Below, in pieces: positions 1 through 6,939 of a stretch of 28,019 nucleotides of DNA. The translations under genes were made by a program, and so were the position numbers. The notes under the pieces are model-generated. The model made no database searches. It worked only from the letters and a program-made list of their open reading frames with translations, and was not told the origin of the DNA. The DNA comes from an uncultured bacterium (GTDB lineage Bacteria; Omnitrophota; Omnitrophia; Omnitrophales; JACQLI01), in assembly GCA_964373135.1 (NCBI GenBank), contig CAYJTI010000002.1, positions 1 through 28,019 on the forward strand, written 5' to 3'. Numbering within the stretch: position 1 is the first letter of the stretch; the number at the start of each line of letters is the position of its first letter.

Positions 1-375
1 CCTGGACTCGTAGACATACGACCCGAACCCCGGCGTGGCGGCCGGATAATTGGCCGGAAGGATGTTGAGGGTCTCCAGGTCTTCTTGAAAGGCTTGAATG
101 TAACTCTCGGTGTAAGCCTCAAGCGGCTTCCCTTCCCGCTGGGCGCCCGCAATCGTCTTGTCGTCCACATCCGTGAGATTCATGACCTGTTTCACCTTGA
201 GGCCCTTAAACTCGAGGAAGCGCCGGAGCACATCTTCAAAGACGAAGGCCCGGAAATTCCCGATGTGGGCATAGTCATACACCGTCGGCCCGCAGGTGTA
301 CATCCGGACCTCCCCTTTTTGGAGCGGTTCAAAGGCCTCGACCTTTCCCGTCAGCGTATTAAAAAATCGAATCAT
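1..375 (-). CDS. cysS: Cysteine--tRNA ligase, N-terminal part (runs off the window start)
   Basis: Manual translation from ATG at 375: MIRFFNTLTGKVEAFEPLQKGEVRMYTCGPTVYDYAHIGNFRAFVFEDVLRRFLEFKGLKVKQVMNLTDVDDKTI. It contains the CysRS motifs CGPTVY, HIGN (HIGH) and N(L/I)TDVDDK. It is absent from the ORF track; the + ORF 85..378 is its antisense shadow. Confidence 0.96.
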   Translation of the reverse strand, partial: MIRFFNTLTGKVEAFEPLQKGEVRMYTCGPTVYDYAHIGNFRAFVFEDVLRRFLEFKGLKVKQVMNLTDVDDKTIAGAQREGKPLEAYTESYIQAFQEDLETLNILPANYPAATPGFGSYVYESR

Positions 376-384
376 TGAATCGAA

Positions 385-1452
385 TCATTCCTCGTAGCGC
401 TTTGCGAGCCCGCGGTCGAGCAGTTCCTGGTTGAGATAATTCCCTTTTTCTAAAACCTTTTGGGGGTCGGTTTCTCCTTTGAGATAAAACACGTCCGTCA
501 GGTAACGGTCAAACTTGTCTCGGCGCGTGACCCCAATGACCACGAAAGCCACTTGTGAAAGGACCCGCTTCACATACCGCGTCGCCTTTCGCCCTTCCTC
601 CGCCTCCGCCGCATTGATGCCACGCAAACGAATCTTTTGCCGCGTCCACACACGAAAGCCCAAATCAATTTGCAGCCAAAGCGTGTCTGCGTCCCAAACT
701 GTTTCGACCGTCGCCTTGTAGGTGTAAAGCGACGCCGGGCCCTTTGAACTTTTCTTGAACCGGTAACGGTCTCCCAGAGAACTTTTTTTTGTCCGGACCA
801 CCTCGACCAGCATTCCCTCCCTCGGCCGGGAAATCCCGCTGAGATTCAAATCGATTCGTGTCGTGAATCCGAGGTCGACGGAATAAAATTCCTCGGTCGG
901 GTGGAGGTCGCGCGGCTTGACAAGGCGGTAGGTGTAAAAGGCGCCGCGAATCGGCACCAGGGCCGGCAAGGGGCGGGCGCGCTCGGCGGAAGTGGGCGCT
1001 GGACTAAGAACGTCCCCGCCCGACAAGGGCAATTTTTTTCGCCGAATACGCTCGGTAAGTTCACGGGTGTTCCAGTGCCCACGGACTGCTTGGCGAAAAA
1101 GCCGTTCGCGTTCCCTCTTCTCCAAAACTTGTGAAAGGAGATTGTAGTGAGTCCAGGGCAATTGTGCGGGCACCCGCACAATTGGGAAACGCCGCTGGAA
1201 ATTTAGGATTTCATAAAGGTTCCGCCAGCTCATTCCAAGGTTGGGGGCGAGCCACCGGACGACCCCGCCGCCGTAACCGGCGCGGCCACGGTGTGTTCTC
1301 AGGTACCTATTGACAAGCCGACCCAGCCTCCAATACGTTCGGACCTTGACCGGCTCGACTGCGGCTTTGGCCTCGGCCCTCCCCTCGACTAGAATCGTTT
1401 TCGCCGCATCCAGAAGGGCTTCATCACTCCCGCGAACCGGCTCCTTCGTCAT
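385..1452 (-). CDS. DUF1016 (YhcG) N-terminal domain fused to a staphylococcal-nuclease (thermonuclease)-like C-terminal domain
   Basis: The N-terminus matches the YhcG-N pattern (TYWRLGRLV..RAGYGGGVV..MSWRNLYEILNF..QLPWTHYNLL..HWNTRELTERI). The C-terminus has SNase motifs (TVWDADTL, IRLRGINAAE, DKFDRYL, NQELLDRGLA). ATG 1452 is preferred because it directly follows the stop of the upstream small ORF; GTG 1491 is an alternative start. Confidence 0.85.
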   Translation of the reverse strand: MTKEPVRGSDEALLDAAKTILVEGRAEAKAAVEPVKVRTYWRLGRLVNRYLRTHRGRAGYGGGVVRWLAPNLGMSWRNLYEILNFQRRFPIVRVPAQLPWTHYNLLSQVLEKRERERLFRQAVRGHWNTRELTERIRRKKLPLSGGDVLSPAPTSAERARPLPALVPIRGAFYTYRLVKPRDLHPTEEFYSVDLGFTTRIDLNLSGISRPREGMLVEVVRTKKSSLGDRYRFKKSSKGPASLYTYKATVETVWDADTLWLQIDLGFRVWTRQKIRLRGINAAEAEEGRKATRYVKRVLSQVAFVVIGVTRRDKFDRYLTDVFYLKGETDPQKVLEKGNYLNQELLDRGLAKRYEE

Positions 1453-1453
1453 C

Positions 1454-1582
1454 TCACGCCACGGCACTTCTCGCGCGGCGCTTGGCCACACGTTTCCTCA
1501 TCTCTCGGTGCGAAATGCCGGCTTTCTTTTCGTACTCCTGAAGAGCGGCTTGAAGTGGTTGGAGAAGACGCGGCAATTTCAT
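1454..1582 (-). CDS. Putative 42-aa basic, helical small protein (MKLPRLLQPLQAALQEYEKKAGISHREMRKRVAKRRARSAVA)
   Basis: Manual translation, below the ORF-track cutoff. It fills the gap between the DUF2283 ORF and the nuclease gene, and its TGA lies 1 nt before the nuclease ATG. No clear SD and no recognised family. Confidence 0.35.
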   Translation of the reverse strand: MKLPRLLQPLQAALQEYEKKAGISHREMRKRVAKRRARSAVA

Positions 1583-1613
1583 TTAGGGCGGGCAAACTGA
1601 GAAGAAAATGGGG

Positions 1614-1802
1614 TTAGACAATCGCGGGGTCTTGTTTTAATTCCGTGGGAATCTTTTTGAGTTCGGGGCGGTTATAGATTTTTGCGAGTTCCACAAAGAC
1701 CCCCTCGAAATTTCCACCTGCTTTCTTTACGCCTACGAATTCAATCCCGACCAGGCCGCCGTTTTTGTCTAAATCAATGTTGACCGAAGGCGAGTGTTCC
1801 AC
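1614..1802 (-). CDS. DUF2283-family small protein (putative antitoxin-type); the 5' end may be truncated or have lost its start
   Basis: VEHSPSVNIDLDKNGGLVGIEF resembles the DUF2283 core. The frame stays open upstream to 1880 (..KYWKKESLYLQFSSEKGVKT..), which resembles the DUF2283 N-terminal strands, but there is no ATG/GTG/TTG in that extension. Confidence 0.7.
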   Translation of the reverse strand: MEHSPSVNIDLDKNGGLVGIEFVGVKKAGGNFEGVFVELAKIYNRPELKKIPTELKQDPAIV

Positions 1803-2004
1803 GGTCTTGACCCCCTTCTCACTGCTAAACTGAAGATAGAGACTCTCTTTTTTCCAATACTTGCAGCGCTTCTTTAAAGCTCAGATTCCGCTGTTGGAAT
1901 CTCTTTGGTGAATCTTTTGCGAATCAGGGGTTACAAGACCCGCTTGCCGCCGCCATTGCCGATGTCAATCAGCGCCATGAACCCTTGAGTTCGGTTTCGC
2001 AAAA

Positions 2005-2013
2005 ATTATATCA
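2005..2013 (-). promoter_or_regulatory. Candidate extended -10 promoter (TG-A-TATAAT) just downstream of gltX
   Basis: The minus strand reads TGATATAAT, 3 nt after the gltX stop and pointing into the accessory insert and cysS. No -35 hexamer is evident. Confidence 0.45.
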
Positions 2014-2016
2014 CAT

Positions 2017-3435
2017 TCAATGACCGAGCGCGCGGGTGAGGCGTGCGGTCAGGCGCTCGGCACCGAGCGGCGGGAAGAGGCGCTTGAGCTCGGGGCCGTG
2101 GGTTTTGCCGGTGAGGGCCATTCGAAGAGGCATGAAAAGGGCTTTCCCTTTCGCCTTGACTTTCCCTTGCAGGGCTCCGACAAAACGTTCATAGAGCTCC
2201 TCGCCGGCCCGAAGAGAAGGAAGGATTGAAGCCGCTGCCTGGAGGATTTCCTGCGCCTCTTTTGTCTTGAGGAGCTTCGAATCTTCGTACGGGAAATCCT
2301 CGTCAAGAATCTGAAGCCGTTCCTCCAGTTCGTCAAAGCGGACGATATTGTCTTTGAAGACCGGGAGGATTTTGTGGACGAGGGTTTCGTCCTGCTTCAG
2401 CTTTTTCTCTTCCTTGAGATAGGCCAGGGCGTGGCGCGAAAATTCTTCGTCCGAAAGCGAGCGGAGGTGCTCGCCATTGACCCAATCGAGTTTGCGGGGG
2501 TCATAAAGGGAGGCCGATTTCGTAATCCGGGAAAGGTCGAAAGTTTTCTTTAACTCCTCCCAGGTGAAGATTTCCCGGTTGTCGCCCGGGGACCAGCCGA
2601 GGAGGGCGATGTAATTGGCGAGGGCGTGAGGAAGCGTGCCCCGTCTCCGGAATTCCCGCACCGAAACCGACTCCAATCGCTTCGAAAGGGGTTCGCCTCC
2701 CGGCCCGTGAATGAGGGAGAGGTGCCCGTACTGGGGCGGGGTGAAGCCGAGCGCTTCAAAAAGAAGGAGATGCCGCGGGGTGTTGGAGAGGTGGTCTTCT
2801 CCGCGAATCACATGGGTGATTTTCATGAGCGCGTCGTCCACGCAAACGGCCAGGTGAAACGTCGGAATCCCGTCCGCCCTTTGAATCACAAAATCTCCCA
2901 TCATCTCATCGAGATTGAATTCGACTTCGCCCCGGATTAAATCATGAACCTTGAGGCGGGGGTTTTCGATTTTGAAACGGACCGTCGGGCGGATTCCCCG
3001 GGCCTTTCTTTTCTCAATCTCCTCCTTTGAAAAGGTGCGCCCCCGGTTGTCAAAGCGGGGCGGCCTCCGCTCAAGGCGCGCCGCGCGCTTCATCTCCTCA
3101 ATCTCTTCCTCTGTGACGTAGCAGTCGTAGGCCTTCCCTGCTTGAATCAGCTCGCGAATGTATTTCTGGTAGGTTGGAATCCGCTCGGATTGCCGGTAGG
3201 GTTCGTACTCCCCGCCCACGCCCGGCCCTTCGTCCCAGCGAATCCCGAGCCAGGCGAGGTCCTCAAGGATGGCGTCAAAATACTCGGGACGGCATCGTTC
3301 CTTGTCCGTGTCTTCAATCCGGAGGATAAATTTTCCGCCCACTTTTTGGGCGAAGAGGTAGTTGAAAAGCGCGGTCCGGACGTTGCCGAGATGAAGGCAG
3401 CCCGTCGGCGCGGGAGCGAAGCGGACGCGAATCAT
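2017..3435 (-). CDS. gltX: Glutamate--tRNA ligase
   Basis: RVRFAPAPTGCLHLGN (HIGH), LRIEDTD, ITHVIRGEDH, PLSKR (KMSKS) and the C-terminal PLRMALTG..GPEL anticodon domain. The ATG overlaps the ispDF stop (ATGA). Confidence 0.98.
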   Translation of the reverse strand: MIRVRFAPAPTGCLHLGNVRTALFNYLFAQKVGGKFILRIEDTDKERCRPEYFDAILEDLAWLGIRWDEGPGVGGEYEPYRQSERIPTYQKYIRELIQAGKAYDCYVTEEEIEEMKRAARLERRPPRFDNRGRTFSKEEIEKRKARGIRPTVRFKIENPRLKVHDLIRGEVEFNLDEMMGDFVIQRADGIPTFHLAVCVDDALMKITHVIRGEDHLSNTPRHLLLFEALGFTPPQYGHLSLIHGPGGEPLSKRLESVSVREFRRRGTLPHALANYIALLGWSPGDNREIFTWEELKKTFDLSRITKSASLYDPRKLDWVNGEHLRSLSDEEFSRHALAYLKEEKKLKQDETLVHKILPVFKDNIVRFDELEERLQILDEDFPYEDSKLLKTKEAQEILQAAASILPSLRAGEELYERFVGALQGKVKAKGKALFMPLRMALTGKTHGPELKRLFPPLGAERLTARLTRALGH

Positions 3436-4841
3436 CGCGGACTTCGAATGAGGGTCACAAGGGCCTCGGCCGTGACGGCGCGGCCTTCCCCTTCCGGACC
3501 CAAGCCCTCCATCGTTTTCGCCTTCACAGAGACCGCTTCCGCTTCCAGTCCGAGGAGGAGGGCGAGCCGCCTCCGGATGAGCTTTTTGTAAGGGCCGAGG
3601 CGGGGCTTCTCCAAAAGAATGACTGAATCAATCCGAGAAGGGAGATGATTTCTCCGGCGGACCTCTTTAAGAACCGCCCGCAGAATTTTTTCACTTCGAA
3701 TATTTTTATGACGGGGGTCCCGGTCCGAAAACCATTCGCCGATATCGCCGGCGCCAATCGCCCCGAGGAGGGCGTCGCTTGCGGCGTGCAAGAGGACGTC
3801 TCCATCCGAATGACCCAGCGCCCCTTTCTCAAACGGGATTCGAACGCCTCCGAGATAAAGTTTTCGCCCCTCGACAAGCCGGTGCGTGTCCCGCCCAAAC
3901 CCCACACAGAACCGGTTCTCTGGTACCGGTTCTGCCGTACCGGTTCTGCCGTACCGGTTCTGCGGTACCGGTTCTGCTGGAACCGGTTCGCGACGGTACC
4001 GGTTCTGCTGTACCGGTTCTGCGGTACCGGTTCTGCGGTACCGGTTCTGCCGTACCGGTTCTGCCGTACCGGTTCTGCCGTACCGGTTCTGCGGTACCGG
4101 TTCTGCTGGAACCGGTTCGCGAGAACCGGTTCGCGAGAACCGGTTCCGATATTCCGCTTCAGCCAGCCGGAGGTCTGAGGATGTGGTGACCTTGAGATTC
4201 AATCCGGAATAGGAAAAAATTTTCACTTTAGCTCCGATGTTTTCCAAAAGCGAGGCCTCATCCGTGGCCGCCAAGGCGCCCGGATGAATTCGGTAAGCCT
4301 TGAGCAAGGTGGAGCGGCGCACAAGCTGGGGTGTTTCGGCCTCGTAGAGATGGGTTCGGTCCACTGTCCCAAGTACTCGGCCATTTCCCGGCGCCACCTG
4401 CTTCAAGGTCGGCACCACGGGACGGGCGAGAATCACGCCCTCAGCCTCCCCCCGTTTTTTCAGAAGAGAGAGGACCGCCGCTTTGGGGGGGAAAGGACGG
4501 GCGCCGTCGTGGACGAGGACCCAGTCCAGTCTCGGAGAGGCTCGGCGGAGAGCGTTCTTCACGGATTCCGCTCGGGTGGCACCGCCCCGGACTAAGTGAA
4601 CCGGAGGGCCTGAGAATCCCCGAAGGATTTCCTTCCTCACCCAGGGCTCGGTCCCGGGCGCAACGGCGAGGAGAATTTCCCGGACCTCAGGGATTCCTTG
4701 AAAAGATTCTAAGGTGTGACGAAGGAGGGGCTTTCCTCCCAGGGGCTCGAAAAGTTTACTCAGGCGGTGTTTCGGCCGGGTCCCTTTATTCCAGAATCGC
4801 CTTCCGGAGCCTCCTCCCGCAATAATTAGGCTAACTCCCAT
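3432..4841 (-). CDS. ispDF: Bifunctional IspD/IspF (MEP cytidylyltransferase + MEcPP synthase) with an ~80-aa repeat-derived linker
   Basis: IspD: LIIAGGGSGRRF, VLVHDGARP, ETPQ, NLKVTT..DL. IspF: VGFGRDTH, GHSDGDVLLHA..DALLGA, VSVKAKT. One continuous frame. The start is set at ATG 4841; the track's extra 45 aa translate a REP hairpin. Confidence 0.93.
   Translation of the reverse strand: MGVSLIIAGGGSGRRFWNKGTRPKHRLSKLFEPLGGKPLLRHTLESFQGIPEVREILLAVAPGTEPWVRKEILRGFSGPPVHLVRGGATRAESVKNALRRASPRLDWVLVHDGARPFPPKAAVLSLLKKRGEAEGVILARPVVPTLKQVAPGNGRVLGTVDRTHLYEAETPQLVRRSTLLKAYRIHPGALAATDEASLLENIGAKVKIFSYSGLNLKVTTSSDLRLAEAEYRNRFSRTGSREPVPAEPVPQNRYGRTGTAEPVRQNRYRRTGTAEPVQQNRYRREPVPAEPVPQNRYGRTGTAEPVPENRFCVGFGRDTHRLVEGRKLYLGGVRIPFEKGALGHSDGDVLLHAASDALLGAIGAGDIGEWFSDRDPRHKNIRSEKILRAVLKEVRRRNHLPSRIDSVILLEKPRLGPYKKLIRRRLALLLGLEAEAVSVKAKTMEGLGPEGEGRAVTAEALVTLIRSPR
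3909..4146. repeat. Tandem array of 17 ACCGGT-core units, period 14 bp (consensus GGTACCGGTTCTGC), in frame inside ispDF
   Basis: ACCGGT cores counted at 3911, 3925, 3939, 3953, 3967, 3982, 3998, 4012, 4026, 4040, 4054, 4068, 4082, 4096, 4111, 4125 and 4139 (13 gaps of 14, 2 of 15, 1 of 16; total 228 bp = 76 codons). Confidence 0.97.
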
Positions 4842-4872
4842 TCCAATGGCGCATCGTCCTTTCTGAATACGC

Positions 4873-4979
4873 CGTTTGACAAATGCGTATCCGGTTTCAA
4901 CCCCCTCACCCTCCCCTCTCCCCCTCTGGGGGAAAGGGTTAAGGGTGAGGGGGAAATCGGGGGCGGAATTTGTCAAACG
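4873..4979. repeat. REP-like hairpin (CCCCTCACCC family, 4901-4953) enclosed by a perfect 12-bp inverted repeat
   Basis: Inner arms CCCCCTCACCCT (4901-4912) / AGGGTGAGGGGG (4942-4953). Outer arms CGTTTGACAAAT (4873-4884) / ATTTGTCAAACG (4968-4979). Intergenic, between the PIN/TRAM gene and ispDF. Confidence 0.85.
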
Positions 4980-4984
4980 CCCTA

Positions 4985-6001
4985 CTAACGACGTCCTGAG
5001 TCTTCGTCCGCGGGCTTCGCAAAAATCATCCGGCCCGCCTGGGTCTGGAGGACACTCGTAATCATCACATTAATGGTCTGGCCGATTCGCCGCCGGCCGT
5101 TGTCCACGACCACCATCGTCCCGTCATCCAAATAGGCCACGCCCTGGTCGTGCTCCTTCCCTTCCTTGAGAACCTTCACCTGCATCGTCTCGCCGGGAAT
5201 CACCACGGGCTTCAGGGCATTGGCGAGCTCGTTGATATTGAGGACCTTCACCCCTTGAAGCTCGGCGACTTTGTTGAGGTTGTAGTCATTGGTGAAAACC
5301 TTGGCATTCACGGCCTGCGCCATCTTCACGAGCTTTGCGTCGACCGTGGAGAGTTCGGGAAAGTCCATCTCCTGGATTCTCACTTCGATGTGCGGATTCC
5401 CTTTGATTCGGTTGAGGATGTCGAGCCCCCGGCGGCCCCGGTTCCGCTTGAGGGGGTCGGCCGAATCGGCAATCAGCTGAAGTTCCTTCAGGACGAACCG
5501 GGGAAGGACGAGACGGCCGCTCAAGAAATGCGCTTCGGCAATGTCTGCAATCCTCCCGTCGATAATGACGCTTGTGTCAAGAAGGATAAGCTCCTCGCCG
5601 GGACTTTTGCTCTCGAGCTTCACGAAGGGAATCAGAAGATTAAACTCTTCCTGTCCCCGGAGGATGGTCACCGCGCCGAGGTAACTGAACATCACGGCCG
5701 AAAGAACCCCGAGCTGATGCAGGCTCTCCTCGGGCATCTGGACATACTCGGCCACCCCCATGAAGAGCCGGTTGACGATAAGCCCCAGGCCAATCCCGAC
5801 CAGAATCGAAAGGATATTGCGGACGGTGTAGCGCTTAAAGAAGTAGTCGATGAGGACGACGAGGGCCGAAAAAAAGAGTCCGACTCCCGCGCCAATCCAC
5901 TTTCCCTGAGGCAGTTCGTAAGGGAAAAACCACTGGAAATGCGAAACATAACCGTAGAGGGTAAACAAACCGACAAAAAGAATTCTCAACATTAGAATCA
6001 T
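4985..6001 (-). CDS. yacL: YacL-family membrane protein with PIN and TRAM domains
   Basis: Four hydrophobic N-terminal segments, PIN motifs ILLDTSVIIDGRI and FTNDYNLNKVA, and TRAM segment VLKEGKEHDQGVAYLDDGTMVVV. SD AAGGAG lies 8 nt before ATG 6001. Its position before ispD matches B. subtilis yacL. Confidence 0.93.
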   Translation of the reverse strand: MILMLRILFVGLFTLYGYVSHFQWFFPYELPQGKWIGAGVGLFFSALVVLIDYFFKRYTVRNILSILVGIGLGLIVNRLFMGVAEYVQMPEESLHQLGVLSAVMFSYLGAVTILRGQEEFNLLIPFVKLESKSPGEELILLDTSVIIDGRIADIAEAHFLSGRLVLPRFVLKELQLIADSADPLKRNRGRRGLDILNRIKGNPHIEVRIQEMDFPELSTVDAKLVKMAQAVNAKVFTNDYNLNKVAELQGVKVLNINELANALKPVVIPGETMQVKVLKEGKEHDQGVAYLDDGTMVVVDNGRRRIGQTINVMITSVLQTQAGRMIFAKPADEDSGRR

Positions 6002-6027
6002 GGTCATCACTCCTTTTTATGATTGGA

Positions 6028-6096
6028 AAACTGTCCCCCCGGTACCGGTTCTCCGAGAACCGGTACCGGAGAACCGGTTCGCGAGAACCGGTACCG
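6028..6096. repeat. Intergenic cluster of ACCGGT-core repeats including a perfect 15-bp-arm hairpin
   Basis: Cores at 6044, 6059, 6073 and 6087. CCGGTACCGGTTCTC-C-GAGAACCGGTACCGG at 6039-6069. AAACTGTCCCC (6028-6038) is the reverse complement of 22666-22676. Confidence 0.92.
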
Positions 6097-6102
6097 AGAA
6101 TG

Positions 6103-6918
6103 TTAAACAAAGGGAACAACGGGAACCCCTTTCTTCCCCTTTTCGTCATCCCGCTTCAGAAGCCGCCAGGGATGGGTCTTAATCTCCCGAACAAAATCGC
6201 GCATCTCTTGATAAAGATCTTCCTCCACCACCAGACTCCCCACGGTCCCCTCTCCTTTTTCAATTTTCCCGAGAATGGTCTCCAGAGACCCGGCCGAGGC
6301 GTTGAGGTGTTTCAAGCTCTCCGTCAAATCCTTTTCGGACCCCGACAAGATTTGATTGAGGGAACGGGTCAAGCTCGCAAAGTTCGTAAGCGAGTCCCGG
6401 AGGGCGGTTTCGGTTTCCTTATCCTCAAGGGCCCGCTTCACCCGTTTCAGGATGGCTTCCAAGTGACTCGCAATCTCGTCGGCCCGAGTGATGAGTTCCT
6501 CCATCGGGACCGGGTTGGCCCCCCGGACCGTGTCGCCATCCCTGAGAAATCGGCCTTTTCCCGGCCGGGGGGTGATTTCAATATGAGGCTCGCTTAAGAT
6601 ATGCGTTCCTCGAATGCTGAGTGTGTAATTTTCCCTAATTTCATAACCCTTTGCAATGAAAAGTTGCACGTGAACCTCGGCCTGGCCCGTCTCGGGGTCC
6701 TCTTTGAGGGTGACCTTGCTGACCTCCCCGAGCCGGACCCCCGCCATCCGGACCGGCGCTCCCCGGTCGAGAATGCTCACATAATTGAAAATCACGTTCA
6801 CCTGATAGCCCGGCCGAAATAGGTAGACGCCGCTCACAAAAAACACCACCACCGAAAGCAGGATGAATCCGAAAATCACAAATGCCCCGACCCACACCTC
6901 ATTCCGTCTTCTCTTCAT
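6103..6918 (-). CDS. mlaD: MlaD/MCE-domain protein with a helical C-terminal extension
   Basis: N-terminal TM (VWVGAFVIFGFILL), MCE motif LDRGAPVRMAGVRLGEV, then a long heptad-like helical region. SD GGGAG upstream. Confidence 0.9.
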   Translation of the reverse strand: MKRRRNEVWVGAFVIFGFILLSVVVFFVSGVYLFRPGYQVNVIFNYVSILDRGAPVRMAGVRLGEVSKVTLKEDPETGQAEVHVQLFIAKGYEIRENYTLSIRGTHILSEPHIEITPRPGKGRFLRDGDTVRGANPVPMEELITRADEIASHLEAILKRVKRALEDKETETALRDSLTNFASLTRSLNQILSGSEKDLTESLKHLNASAGSLETILGKIEKGEGTVGSLVVEEDLYQEMRDFVREIKTHPWRLLKRDDEKGKKGVPVVPFV

Positions 6919-6939
6919 CCAGGCTCCCTTTCTCCGATT

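Noticed and set aside
1-55. CysRS translation drifts from consensus at the window edge (ILPANYPAATPGFGSYVYESR versus the usual ..PxxxPRATxxI..)
   Set aside because: Only about 15 codons are visible. Divergence, a contig-end error and a chimera cannot be distinguished without flanking sequence or reads.
365-389. 12-bp direct repeat AATCGAATCATT spanning the nuclease stop and cysS start, as a target-site duplication
   Set aside because: Both copies are at the same end of the insert; only 5 bp (GAATG) match at the gltX end, and no integrase or transposase is present.
3909-4146. Regularly spaced palindromic repeats as a CRISPR array
   Set aside because: Units abut with a 14-bp period and no unique spacers, there are no cas genes, and the array lies in frame within ispDF.
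4873-4979. TTGACA hexamers in the outer inverted repeat as divergent -35 elements
   Set aside because: No -10-like hexamer at 16-18 bp on either strand.
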